From assembly GCA_050287085.1 (NCBI GenBank), contig JBNKBE010000018.1:32001-96000 (forward strand): DNA of 64,000 nucleotides. Reading direction: 5' to 3'. The DNA is from Polyangiaceae bacterium. GTDB taxonomy: Bacteria > Myxococcota_A > Polyangia > Polyangiales > Polyangiaceae. The notes under the pieces are model-generated. The model searched no databases. It saw only the letters and a list, made by a program, of their open reading frames with translations, and was not told where the DNA came from. The translations under genes and the position numbers were made by a program. Below are positions 30,649 through 40,400 of the stretch, piece by piece (positions within the stretch are counted from its first letter, which is position 1; each line of letters begins with the position of its first letter).

Positions 30649-31263
30649 CTAGCAGCCGTCGAACTCGACGCCGGTTCCACCGAGTCCGCAATAGCCGCCC
30701 GGGTTCTTGGCTAGATACTGCTGATGATAAGCCTCAGCAAAGTAGAAGACTTGACGTTCCCGCAGCTCGGTTGTGATCGCGCCAAAACCGCGGGCCCGCA
30801 GACGCTCTTGGTAACGCTGCAACGACTCTTGTGCCGTCGCTAACTGCCCCGCATCCCCGTAGATGGTTGAACGATATTGCGTACCGCGATCGTGCCCCTG
30901 TCGCATGCCCTGCGTTGGGTCATGACTTTCCCAAAACAGCTGGAGAACGGCCTGAAGATGTTCAGCCGGGTAGGTGATCCGAACCACCTCGCTATGGCCA
31001 GTTCGACCGCTACATACCTCCTCGTAAGTTGGGTTGGGAGTCGCGCCGCCCGCGTATCCTACTGCGGTGCAACGCACGAACTCCGCTTGCCAGAACTTGC
31101 GCTCGGCGCCCCAGAAGCACCCCATACCCAGCAGGATGTTCTCCCCATCCGGGGGTGGATCGAGCGGCACTCCGAGGACATGATGGTGACCGGGAACCGG
31201 CATCGCCGAGGTGCGCCCGGCAAGCACGTGCGCGGGGACGAGAGCCGAGGAATCAAATGCCAT
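30649..31263 (-). CDS. msrA: Peptide-methionine (S)-S-oxide reductase
   Basis: [46 protein letters not shown]. Confidence 0.96.
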   Translation of the reverse strand: MAFDSSALVPAHVLAGRTSAMPVPGHHHVLGVPLDPPPDGENILLGMGCFWGAERKFWQAEFVRCTAVGYAGGATPNPTYEEVCSGRTGHSEVVRITYPAEHLQAVLQLFWESHDPTQGMRQGHDRGTQYRSTIYGDAGQLATAQESLQRYQERLRARGFGAITTELRERQVFYFAEAYHQQYLAKNPGGYCGLGGTGVEFDGC

Positions 31264-31339
31264 CGTCGCTCAGTTCTGCGGCCCTGAGCTGCAATGCGCA
31301 AGGCCGAAAAAGAAGCCCCCCGCGCGCGCATGGCAAAGC

Positions 31340-32902
31340 TCAGTCACGACAATTTCGCCTGACAGAGTCGAGATCGAGATCCTTGCATTCCGCGCCGGCG
31401 GGCGCCGCAAAGAGCCGCCCGCTCTCGGTACAAATGCAGGCCAGAGTGTCGTCTTGCTGCACGACGCACTCGACGCGCTCACCATCGAACGAGAGTGGGC
31501 AGACAGCTTTTGCTGGCTGGGACAGACAGGCATCAAAGACGTCGACCGGTTCTAGACCGCAGCCGGGCGCTGAAAACATGGTGCCGTCATCCATGCACTG
31601 ACACTGGGTATTGCCCGCGCGGGTGGTGCAACGAACACCAGGATACGCCTCTCGGTATAGGCAGGAAGACTCGGAACAGCTCTCGAAAAAGACCGCTTCC
31701 GCGGCGGAGTCCAGTGGATGACAAGCGTCCAGAACCATTCGCGCTTCGCCCCCGGGACAGTCGCAAAATAAGGCGTCATTGCGATAACCGTGGCAGTCCA
31801 TCTGGAGCTCCGCGAAGGAACAGGTCTCCAACAGTCCAGCAAAACGCCGACGGCTGAACCAACAGTCCGCCATGGCCCGAAAGAAGTCTGCCTGCTCCGA
31901 CGTGAGAAAGGTCTGCTCGCGAGGCGCGCAGTCTGGACACGCTGCAACACCACGCTCGCTCTGCATCACGTTGAACTCGCAGTCGCAACTTGCGACTCCG
32001 GGAGCGCTGATCGGACCGCACGCATCGTAGCGAATCATGCCGTCTTCGGGCAGATCTTCGTCGAGATGAACCGCCCCCATGATGTGTCCAAACTCATGAA
32101 CGAGCACGTTCTTGTCGGCGCCCTGGCTCAGCATGATCACGGCGCCGTCCGTTTCGTCCAGCGGTCGATCAATACCAGCGTAGCCCCCCGCCCTATGAGT
32201 CCAGTTGGAGATGCTAACCGAGAGTACACCGCCTATCGCCAGAGCGAATCCGCTCAGCTCCGCGAGTTGCTCTTCCTCTTGCTGACGACTTCGGACGACG
32301 GTGTATTCCGGACCGTCGGCGAGAAAGAACCCGAGCGACTCGAACACCGTTTCAGTGGTTCCCAGCACGGACTGCATCTCAGCGTTGAGGTGCTCCACGG
32401 CAGCAAGCGCGACGCAATCGCTCCACACTACCTGTTCTGTTTGCCGACCTTCGGTGTCGTACGCGACGCCGCGCGGGCAGCCGTCAAAGTCGTCTCCCGC
32501 CGCAAACTGGGTCACGTCCAAGGCGTAGTCGGCCATTCCGACGAAACGCACCGGGATCGGCAGCTGGGGAAATCGCCCGGACTTGCCCAGCGACTCGAGG
32601 GCAGGGGGCGTATCGTCTCCCAGCAAACGCAACGAGGACGACTCGTCATCGACCTTCGCATCCCGCCGGCGCTCGGGCACCGGCATGAGCTCAACGGTGT
32701 CGGATCCGCCATCGCGGGGCTCGTCTTTCCCACCGGAAGGCGTCGAGTCATTCTTCTCGTTGACAACGACGGCGGAAGGCGGCTCGAGGGTGCAGCCGGC
32801 ACTGCCGAATAGCAGCACCAGCACAAGCCGGCCGAGGTGCCCCACGCGATAGCCCGCGCGGCCCGGATGGCTCTGACGGTCAGGCTCACGGGAGTAGATC
32901 AC
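31340..32902 (-). CDS. Metzincin-like lipoprotein with three C-terminal Cys-rich repeats
   Basis: Lipobox SAG-C; HEFGHIMGAVH; downstream NVM Met-turn; GTGA overlap with the cimA stop. Confidence 0.75.
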   Translation of the reverse strand: MIYSREPDRQSHPGRAGYRVGHLGRLVLVLLFGSAGCTLEPPSAVVVNEKNDSTPSGGKDEPRDGGSDTVELMPVPERRRDAKVDDESSSLRLLGDDTPPALESLGKSGRFPQLPIPVRFVGMADYALDVTQFAAGDDFDGCPRGVAYDTEGRQTEQVVWSDCVALAAVEHLNAEMQSVLGTTETVFESLGFFLADGPEYTVVRSRQQEEEQLAELSGFALAIGGVLSVSISNWTHRAGGYAGIDRPLDETDGAVIMLSQGADKNVLVHEFGHIMGAVHLDEDLPEDGMIRYDACGPISAPGVASCDCEFNVMQSERGVAACPDCAPREQTFLTSEQADFFRAMADCWFSRRRFAGLLETCSFAELQMDCHGYRNDALFCDCPGGEARMVLDACHPLDSAAEAVFFESCSESSCLYREAYPGVRCTTRAGNTQCQCMDDGTMFSAPGCGLEPVDVFDACLSQPAKAVCPLSFDGERVECVVQQDDTLACICTESGRLFAAPAGAECKDLDLDSVRRNCRD

Positions 32903-34518
32903 TCTGCCTCCGATCCGTCACCTCGTTCCGTGATCTTCCGATGCACGGCGAAGTCTACGGCGTCTACCAACGCCTGCCAGCTGGCCTCGATCACATTTAC
33001 GCTAACGCCGAGGGTGGCAAAGCGCTCGCCGGCAAAGCGATGATCGACCAGGACGCGCACCTTGGCTGCGGTGCCGTCGGCAGTGTTGACAACCCGGACC
33101 TTGTAGTCTTCGAGTGTGAGCTGTGAAAGCTCTGGGAACGCCGGGACCAACGCGGACATGAGCGCATGGTTAAGGGCATCGACTGGGCCGTTGCCCTCGG
33201 CGACGCACAGGTGAATCTCTCCTTTGACGCGAACCTTCACGGTCGCCTCCACCAACGCCTCGGCGTCATTGCCAACCCCGATGCCATGAACTCGATAGTG
33301 CAACAGCTCAAACGCGGGCTGCCATTCACCCAGATGACGGCGAACCAATAAGTCGAAAGAGCCGTCCGCGCCCTCGAAGGAATAGCCAGAATTTTCCTTG
33401 TCCTGGATGTCTTCTAGAATCGGACCAACCACTTCTGGCTCGCGCAACTGAGGATAGCGATTGGCCAACTTGGCCAACAAGTTCGAGCGACCGCTCATCT
33501 CGCTGATCAGAATACGACGCGTGTTTCCCACATCCTCCGGAACGACGTGCTCGTAGGTCCGCGGGTTACGCCGCACCGCGCTGACGTGAACGCCCCCCTT
33601 GTGCGCAAACGCGGCTTGCCCAACATAGGGTTGGTTCAACGGTGCAGCTAGATTCAAACGTTCCCAAACATAGCGAGAGACGTCGCGAAGCTGTCGCAGG
33701 TTGCCCTCGGGCAAACATCGATACCCCAACTTGAGTTCAAGATTGGCTATGACTGCGGTCAAATCCACGTTTCCGCAGCGTTCCCCAACACCGTTGATGG
33801 TGCCCTGGACCTGAACACACCCGGCTTCAACTCCGGCGAGGGTATTGGCGACCGCTAGACCCCCGTCGTTGTGAACGTGAATGCCGAGAGCCCCTGCCGG
33901 AAAGCGTTCCCGAACGGTGCGCACCGCGCGCTCTACCTGGCTTGGAAGCGCTCCGCCGTTGGTGTCGCAGAGAATGACGCGCTGCGCGCCTGCCGCAAAA
34001 GCCGCGCCCACGCACTCGAGCGCGTAGCTCTGGTTGTCCAAGAAGCCGTCAAAAAAGTGTTCGGCGTCGAAGAAGACCGGGCGCGATGTGGCGCCAACCA
34101 GATAGGCGACCGATGAGCCAATCATGTCGAGGTTCTGTGCCAACGTGACCCGAAGCGCTTCGCTCACGTGGAGATCCCACGTCTTGCCGAAGATGCAACA
34201 CAAGTCGGCCCCCGAAGCGACCAATGCCGCAAGGTTGGGATCGGCCTCCGGCGCGTTCTTCACATGGCGCGTGGAGCCGAAGGCAGACACCTTCGCACGT
34301 CTCAAGGATCGCTGAAGAATCTGCTCAAAGAACGCGAGATCTTTTGGATTTGAGCCGGGCCACCCACCCTCAATAAAATCAACACCAAGTTGATCGAGTC
34401 GAGAAGCGAGCTCGAGTTTGTCGTGCAGGGAGAGGTTGACGCCAAACGCCTGCCCTCCATCTCGCAACGTCGTGTCGTAGATCTCGATGCCGGTTGGCTC
34501 GCACAAGCGGTCTGACAT
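32899..34518 (-). CDS. cimA: Citramalate synthase
   Basis: YDTTLRDG, IEGGWPGSNPKD, FDAEHFFDG, HVHNDGG, AFAHKGGVHVSAV, GNGPVDAL; start moved to ATG 34518. Confidence 0.92.
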   Translation of the reverse strand: MSDRLCEPTGIEIYDTTLRDGGQAFGVNLSLHDKLELASRLDQLGVDFIEGGWPGSNPKDLAFFEQILQRSLRRAKVSAFGSTRHVKNAPEADPNLAALVASGADLCCIFGKTWDLHVSEALRVTLAQNLDMIGSSVAYLVGATSRPVFFDAEHFFDGFLDNQSYALECVGAAFAAGAQRVILCDTNGGALPSQVERAVRTVRERFPAGALGIHVHNDGGLAVANTLAGVEAGCVQVQGTINGVGERCGNVDLTAVIANLELKLGYRCLPEGNLRQLRDVSRYVWERLNLAAPLNQPYVGQAAFAHKGGVHVSAVRRNPRTYEHVVPEDVGNTRRILISEMSGRSNLLAKLANRYPQLREPEVVGPILEDIQDKENSGYSFEGADGSFDLLVRRHLGEWQPAFELLHYRVHGIGVGNDAEALVEATVKVRVKGEIHLCVAEGNGPVDALNHALMSALVPAFPELSQLTLEDYKVRVVNTADGTAAKVRVLVDHRFAGERFATLGVSVNVIEASWQALVDAVDFAVHRKITERGDGSEAE

Positions 34519-34674
34519 TGGGGCTCCGAGCGACGAACCTACTCTCAAGCGCCCGCGCAGCCTAGAGATCAGGCCGCCCGAGCCCTGTCTCCGGCTCGGC
34601 GGCCTCCCGCTTGCCAGAACCAATAGCTCAGGGTCGGCAAAGGCCGCGGCGCATCGCCGCTCAGGGGGCGCTCA

Positions 34675-36267
34675 TCATGCCGTGGGAGCGGGCTTGTCGG
34701 CGGTGCTGTTTTCGGTAAGGGCCGCCTCAAAAGCCTCCATTTGACCCTCTTTGCCGATGCGCTCGATAGCCTTCTCGGCAAAGGTCCGAGTCTGCTCGTC
34801 CTCGGAGCGTCGGGCTGCATCCAAGCGACGCGCGACGCGCCGCTTCGTCGACTCGAACTCGGTCCGCAGAAAGGTCGCGACCAACTTGGCGTAGGAAGCG
34901 GCTTCAGCCTTGCGATCCACCTCACCCTCAGCGAGCGGAGGCATCGAAACGAACTCCTCGCCAGCTGGAGCCATCGTATCCGGCTCGGACGCAATGGCAA
35001 CTTGAGGCGGTTCGGGCACCACGGGCGCAGGAACCGACGCGGGCCGCGCTACGGCAGCCCGAGGGCTTAATTCCGGCACTTCTAGATCGTGAGCGCGATG
35101 CTGTCCGCGTCGACGGCCACCGCCGCCGGTGCTCCGAGTGGAAGTCTTGAAGAGATCGAAGTCTTCGATCTCTCCTAGGTCGAGGGTCGATATGGAGCGC
35201 TGCAGCTTGTCGCGAAGAGTGCCGCCCTCACGACGTGCGTCATTGACGATCGCCTGCACGCCCTCCGGCAGGGACTTGGTCGAGCACACCAGGCGCAACA
35301 CTGCAGCCCCATCCTCAACGGGCTTCTCCGTACGGTAGACGCCCATGTAGACGGCACCACCCCCCGTCTCGTCCTTGAGTTGCTCGTTGAGCTGCTCGTA
35401 AAATGAGAAGGGTGTACTCGAAAGGACCTCTTCGGAAGCTTCAAGAATTACGCCCATATAGGAGACTTCCTCGGCGGAAAATCCAACGGGCATTGTGGGA
35501 CTCGACTGCAGAGACTCTCGGACACTTTCAACGACCGTTTCGACGGTAAGCGCCGGCACCTTGGTTTCCGAGTAGTTCATAACGCCCGGCGCCAACAGGA
35601 GCGAGCGCAAGTCCTCACCGTCAATGGTGCGAATGGGATGCACCCCGGGGCGAGAGTTGAGGCGATTGAGCGCATCAAGCGGGTGAACGATGACCTGGTT
35701 GACGATCTCGAAGTACTTGTCGAGAGAAACCCCACCGTGCGTATGACTGAGTCGAGTGTTGTCAGCGAAGATCCAGCCGATGCCATCCAGCTTCACCAAG
35801 TCGCTCACGGCACGAACCGCGTTGACCTTGGCAATGCCGCTCTCGTATTCGTTGGGCAGCGTGGTCAACGTGATGATCGGCAGCTCCAGTTCCTTCAAGA
35901 CACGGACCAATTCGCTCACCGAAGAACCGGTCCCGCCGCCGAGTCCAGCGGTGAGAATGACGACGTCTGCCCCTTCGGAATGAGCTGCTACGGCGGTGCG
36001 AATACGCTCCGCGTTCTCGTGAATGCATTCTCGTCCGTAGTTCAGATCCGCGCCAGCGCCGTCGTACCCATCGATGCCGACATACATGCGCTGTTCAGCG
36101 GGGAGCGAGGTTGAGCTGTTGCCAGGACCCAGCGCGGACAGGTCGGTGTGAGCAGTGTTGAGCGCAATGGCGCGATAGCCTAGCCGCGCGAACTCAGCTG
36201 CCAAGTTGCCACCAGCTTGCCCAAGTCCAACTACTACCAAATCCAACGCGCGGTCTGCGGGCTTCAT
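34675..36267 (-). CDS. Divergent tubulin/FtsZ-superfamily GTPase (CetZ/TubZ-like) with C-terminal extension
   Basis: VVGLGQAGGN, LNTA..DL, GAGAD...G, signature AGLGGGTGS, LP...E...N, DN, IDGEDL; RBS GGAGGT. Confidence 0.88.
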   Translation of the reverse strand: MKPADRALDLVVVGLGQAGGNLAAEFARLGYRAIALNTAHTDLSALGPGNSSTSLPAEQRMYVGIDGYDGAGADLNYGRECIHENAERIRTAVAAHSEGADVVILTAGLGGGTGSSVSELVRVLKELELPIITLTTLPNEYESGIAKVNAVRAVSDLVKLDGIGWIFADNTRLSHTHGGVSLDKYFEIVNQVIVHPLDALNRLNSRPGVHPIRTIDGEDLRSLLLAPGVMNYSETKVPALTVETVVESVRESLQSSPTMPVGFSAEEVSYMGVILEASEEVLSSTPFSFYEQLNEQLKDETGGGAVYMGVYRTEKPVEDGAAVLRLVCSTKSLPEGVQAIVNDARREGGTLRDKLQRSISTLDLGEIEDFDLFKTSTRSTGGGGRRRGQHRAHDLEVPELSPRAAVARPASVPAPVVPEPPQVAIASEPDTMAPAGEEFVSMPPLAEGEVDRKAEAASYAKLVATFLRTEFESTKRRVARRLDAARRSEDEQTRTFAEKAIERIGKEGQMEAFEAALTENSTADKPAPTA

Positions 36268-36524
36268 TCACTACCTCCAAAGACGTCTAGCACCCGGTCG
36301 TTATATCCGCTTCTCGATCAGAATCGACCCCCAACGTCAGGGCGTTGGCACTTTTGAGCCCAGGCCTAACACCGGTTCAGTAACGGCCCACCTGCACCCA
36401 CCCAGCCATGAATGAGCCGATTCCTCGGGTCCCGGTCCGGCGACACGCCCGATAGCCCCGACACCCGACTCAAATCGAAACGGGTGTCATACGCCGACCC
36501 CGCGAACTGCCCGGCTTGCCGTCC

Positions 36525-37319
36525 TCAGCCGCCGAAGTAAAGCTCGACGCCCAACATCACGTCGACCGCATCAACGCCATTCTGAATATCGAGCGAGCGA
36601 ACGCGAGCATATAGGTCAGCGCGCCGCTCGAGCGTATAGCCCACGAAACCGCCCAGCGGCATCGCGAAGCCGGACGACTCTTCGAAGATCCGGTGAAAGC
36701 GGAGTCCGAGCTCAGGTCCTGCGTAGACCTGAGGAGTGATCTGCACGGGAAGATACGCCGGCAGGTACACGCTCAAAGCCGATCCGCTGTCGCCCAACTC
36801 GAGGTCCACAAAACCGCCCACGTCGAGGCGAACGTCATCCGCCAGCCGGAGCAGAAACGGAGCCCCCAAAGTGACAACAGATAACCCTTCCCCTCGGAAG
36901 CGAGGCTCAAGCTGAGCGAAGATCCCGTAGGCGGTAGAGCCGCTCTGCACCTGGTACAGCCCGTAGACCCTGGGATTCTCGAGCTGGAGTTGGGGCGAGA
37001 GCATGACCGGCACCACGCCTCCCAGCTCAAACTCACCGCCGATTCCGATCGAGAATCCGGGATTGAGCACGTGAAAGTCGCTCCCCAACGAATGCTTGTA
37101 CTGAGCGTCGTGGTCCGGCCAGCGCGGCCCCCCATCAAAACGCATGACGCCATCAGGCAATACCAGAGGTCGGCTCAAATAGTCGGCGCCAATGCCGGAC
37201 ACCTGGGCTAGTGCTCTTTCGGCGTGAAGGCTGACGAGCCCAACCATACCCCACAAGGCCGCGGCCACAGCACGAGCCCCCGGACGCCAGCGCAAAGACC
37301 CTTGAGGCGACAACACCAT
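36525..37319 (-). CDS. Hypothetical exported protein, probable outer-membrane beta-barrel
   Basis: Signal peptide (ALA-Q), alternating beta-strand pattern, ends GVELYFGG; start moved to ATG 37319. Confidence 0.6.
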   Translation of the reverse strand: MVLSPQGSLRWRPGARAVAAALWGMVGLVSLHAERALAQVSGIGADYLSRPLVLPDGVMRFDGGPRWPDHDAQYKHSLGSDFHVLNPGFSIGIGGEFELGGVVPVMLSPQLQLENPRVYGLYQVQSGSTAYGIFAQLEPRFRGEGLSVVTLGAPFLLRLADDVRLDVGGFVDLELGDSGSALSVYLPAYLPVQITPQVYAGPELGLRFHRIFEESSGFAMPLGGFVGYTLERRADLYARVRSLDIQNGVDAVDVMLGVELYFGG

Positions 37320-37414
37320 AGCCCGGAGCTTACACCGCCTGCCAGCGACGTCCAGCTCTGCTGCGGAGCGAAGCGCATCTGAGCGCAGTCCGTCCAGCCG
37401 AGCCCAACGCCTTC

Positions 37415-40400
37415 TCAGCGTATTGGTACCTGGTGCAAGAATGCCTTCAATACGCGACCGGTGGCAGTAGTGCGACGAGCCACCCGTGCACATGACCCCT
37501 CAGCCACAACCTGCCCGCCCTGCTCACCCGCTTCTGGTCCGAGCTCGAGAATGTAGTCGGCGCTAGCGATAACCAATGGGTGATGTTCTATCACCACCAC
37601 CGTGTCCCCGCGGGCCACCAGTTGATCCAGAACAACAAGCAAACGAGCCACGTCGGCCTGGTGCAGTCCGGTCGTCGGCTCGTCAAGTACGTACAGTGTG
37701 GGTTCGTGGCGGCTGCCAGCGCTCAGCTCGTGGGCCAACTTGAGACGCTGAGCTTCGCCGCCACTCAAAGTATGCGACCCTTGGCCTAGTTGAACATAGC
37801 CGGTTCCGAGCGCGCTGAGCGTGGCGAGCGGACGCGTTATCTTCGGATGGCTCTCGAAGAGGTCCAGCGCTTCGTCCGCACTCAGGGCAAGAACATCCCC
37901 TACGGAAAAGCCTCGGAAGCGAGGCGTCAACGTCCTTGGTTCGAAGCGTCGCCCAGAGCATACCGGACAGGGCTGAATGGCGTCCGGGAGAAAACTCATC
38001 TCGTGGGTGATTACGCCCTGACCCTGGCATTCTTCGCAGCGGCCCCCTTTGCTATTGAAGGAGAAGCGCGCAGCGCCAAAGCCTGCCGCTCGCGATTCCG
38101 GCAAGTTCGCGAATAACTGACGAACCACATCCCAGATCCCCAAGAACGTTGCCGGAACCGAACGCGGACTACGGCCAATCGGGGCTTGGTCGACGCTGAG
38201 CGCCCGCCGCAGCTCGTGGCAGTCTCCGAGGCGCTGATAACAACCGGGCTCAGGGGTCACTAGCCCCAGCTTCTGCCGCACTGCAGGCAAGAGCACGCGA
38301 TTGATAAGCGTGCTCTTGCCTGAACCGCTTACGCCGCACACGACGGTCAGGCGCTGAAGTGGAATGCTCACATCAACGTCTTTGAGGTTGTTTTCGCTCA
38401 CTCCGAACAATTCGAGGCGCGGATGCCCCTTGGGCAGCGGAAGCCCGTGTCGAGGAGTCGGAGGTTCCCGCAGGCACGCGGCCGTGGGGGAGGCTTCGAC
38501 GGCCAACACCACCTCGGGCGCGCCGCACGCAACCACTTCGCCCCCCATTCTTCCACCTGTCGGCCCCATGTCGATGAGATGATGCGCCGCTTGAATGACG
38601 TCTAGATCATGCTCGACGACAACTACGGTTGAACCGAGCGCCACGAGAGCACGCAGATTGTCAATCAGTCGCGCGGTGTCACGCGGATGAAGTCCGATGG
38701 TGGGTTCATCGAGCACGTACAGCGCCCCTGTCAGGCCAGCCCCGAGCTGCGCGGCAAGCCGCAGACGCTGCAGCTCGCCCCCGGATAGAGTGCGGGCGCT
38801 ACGAGCCAAGGTCAGGTATCCAAGTCCGACGCGCTCCAAGAACGACAGCCGCCGCTGGAGCTCGTCGACGATGGGCGTGCTGACTTTGCTGTGCCGGGGT
38901 TCGAAGCGAAGACGCGCGACCCACTCACCGACCCGCGTCACGCTCATCTGCATGACCGCGTCATAGCCTATTCCATCCAACCGCACGGCCGCCGGTATTG
39001 GGTGAAGACGCGCCCCTAAACAGGCTGGACACGGCGTTCGCTTCTCCTCCTGCTTTCCGCGCCCAACGCGCGTCACTTCTATCAGCTCCCCACTGCCTTT
39101 GCATCGCGGACACTGGCCTTGAACCGTATTGAACGAAAACCATCGCGGGTCGAGCACCGGCGCAGCGAAGCCACACTCCGGGCAACCGCTGGACGTAGCC
39201 AAACGCCGCGTTTCACCGTGCGTGGGTTGTACCAGCAGCGTACCCTTGCCCCACTCCAACGCACAGCGCAACGCGGACTCGCTCAGCTCGCGAAATGGAA
39301 TCTCCTCCGCAACGATGAGATGAATAGAGTGCTCTCGAGTCCGCGCCAGGCGCGGCGGCTGGTCCGTTTCCACGCGCTCGCCATCGACGATCGCTTCGGT
39401 AATACCGGCGCGCGACGCCGCGTTGAAGACGTCCAAGTACGTTCCCTTGCGGCCTTCCACTACCGGTGCTAGCAGCAATCCCTTACCGCGCACCTCGCGC
39501 ACTCGTTCGAACAAGGCTTCGGACGTCCCGGCGTATAGCGGCAAGCCATGAGTCGGACAATGCGGTGTTCCCAACTTGGCAAAGAGCAGCCGTAGATAGT
39601 GAGCTAGCTCGGTAACGGTCGCGACCGTTGAACTGGCCCCGCCCCGCGACAGACGCTGTTCGAGCGCGATGGCCGGTGGAACTCCCGACAGGGCGTCAAC
39701 ATCGGGCTTCGGAAGCGTTGGCAAAAAGCGGCGCGCATAGGGGCTTAGCGTTTCGAGAAAGCGCCGTTGGCCCTCGGCGAACAGCACATCAAAGATGAGA
39801 CTGCTCTTTCCGGACCCGCTTGGCCCAGTGACAACGGTTAGCGCCTGATGTGGAATGCTGACGCTCACCTGCTTCAGATTGTGCTCGCGAGCATGCGTGA
39901 TCTGAATGGCAGCAGCTTCGACTCGGGTCACAGCGGGTGCGGCGACGGGTAGCTCGAGGGCTGCCAGCGACGCCTTCAGCGCAAGACCTGTCTTGCTGTT
40001 GCTCGTCGCGATCGCTTCGGGCGGTCCAGCCGCACACAGTCGCCCTCCGTCGACGCCCGCGCCTGGGCCAAGTTCAATGATCCAGTCGGCTCCTGCGAGC
40101 AGTCGCAAGTCGTGTTCAACGACCAGCACGCTGCCGCCCCCCGTCACCACAGCTTCGAACGCGTGTCTCACGTGTTCCACCTCGTCTGCGTGCAGACCGG
40201 CGCTCGGTTCATCCACGACAAATAGCGTCCCTTTGAGCCGCTCCGAAAGCGCCCGCGCCAATTTCAGACGCTGCGCCTCACCGCCTGAAAGCGTAGAGAG
40301 CGGCTGTCCTAAGGGCAAATAGCCGAGACCTAGCCGAACCAATGGCATCAGGCCGCGCAGCACCGCCGGCGTATCTGCAAATCGTTCACACGCTTCTTCG

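Noticed and set aside
34675..36267. Calling this gene ftsZ
   Set aside because: T1 and T7 loops and the C-terminus differ from FtsZ, and there are no division-cluster neighbours.
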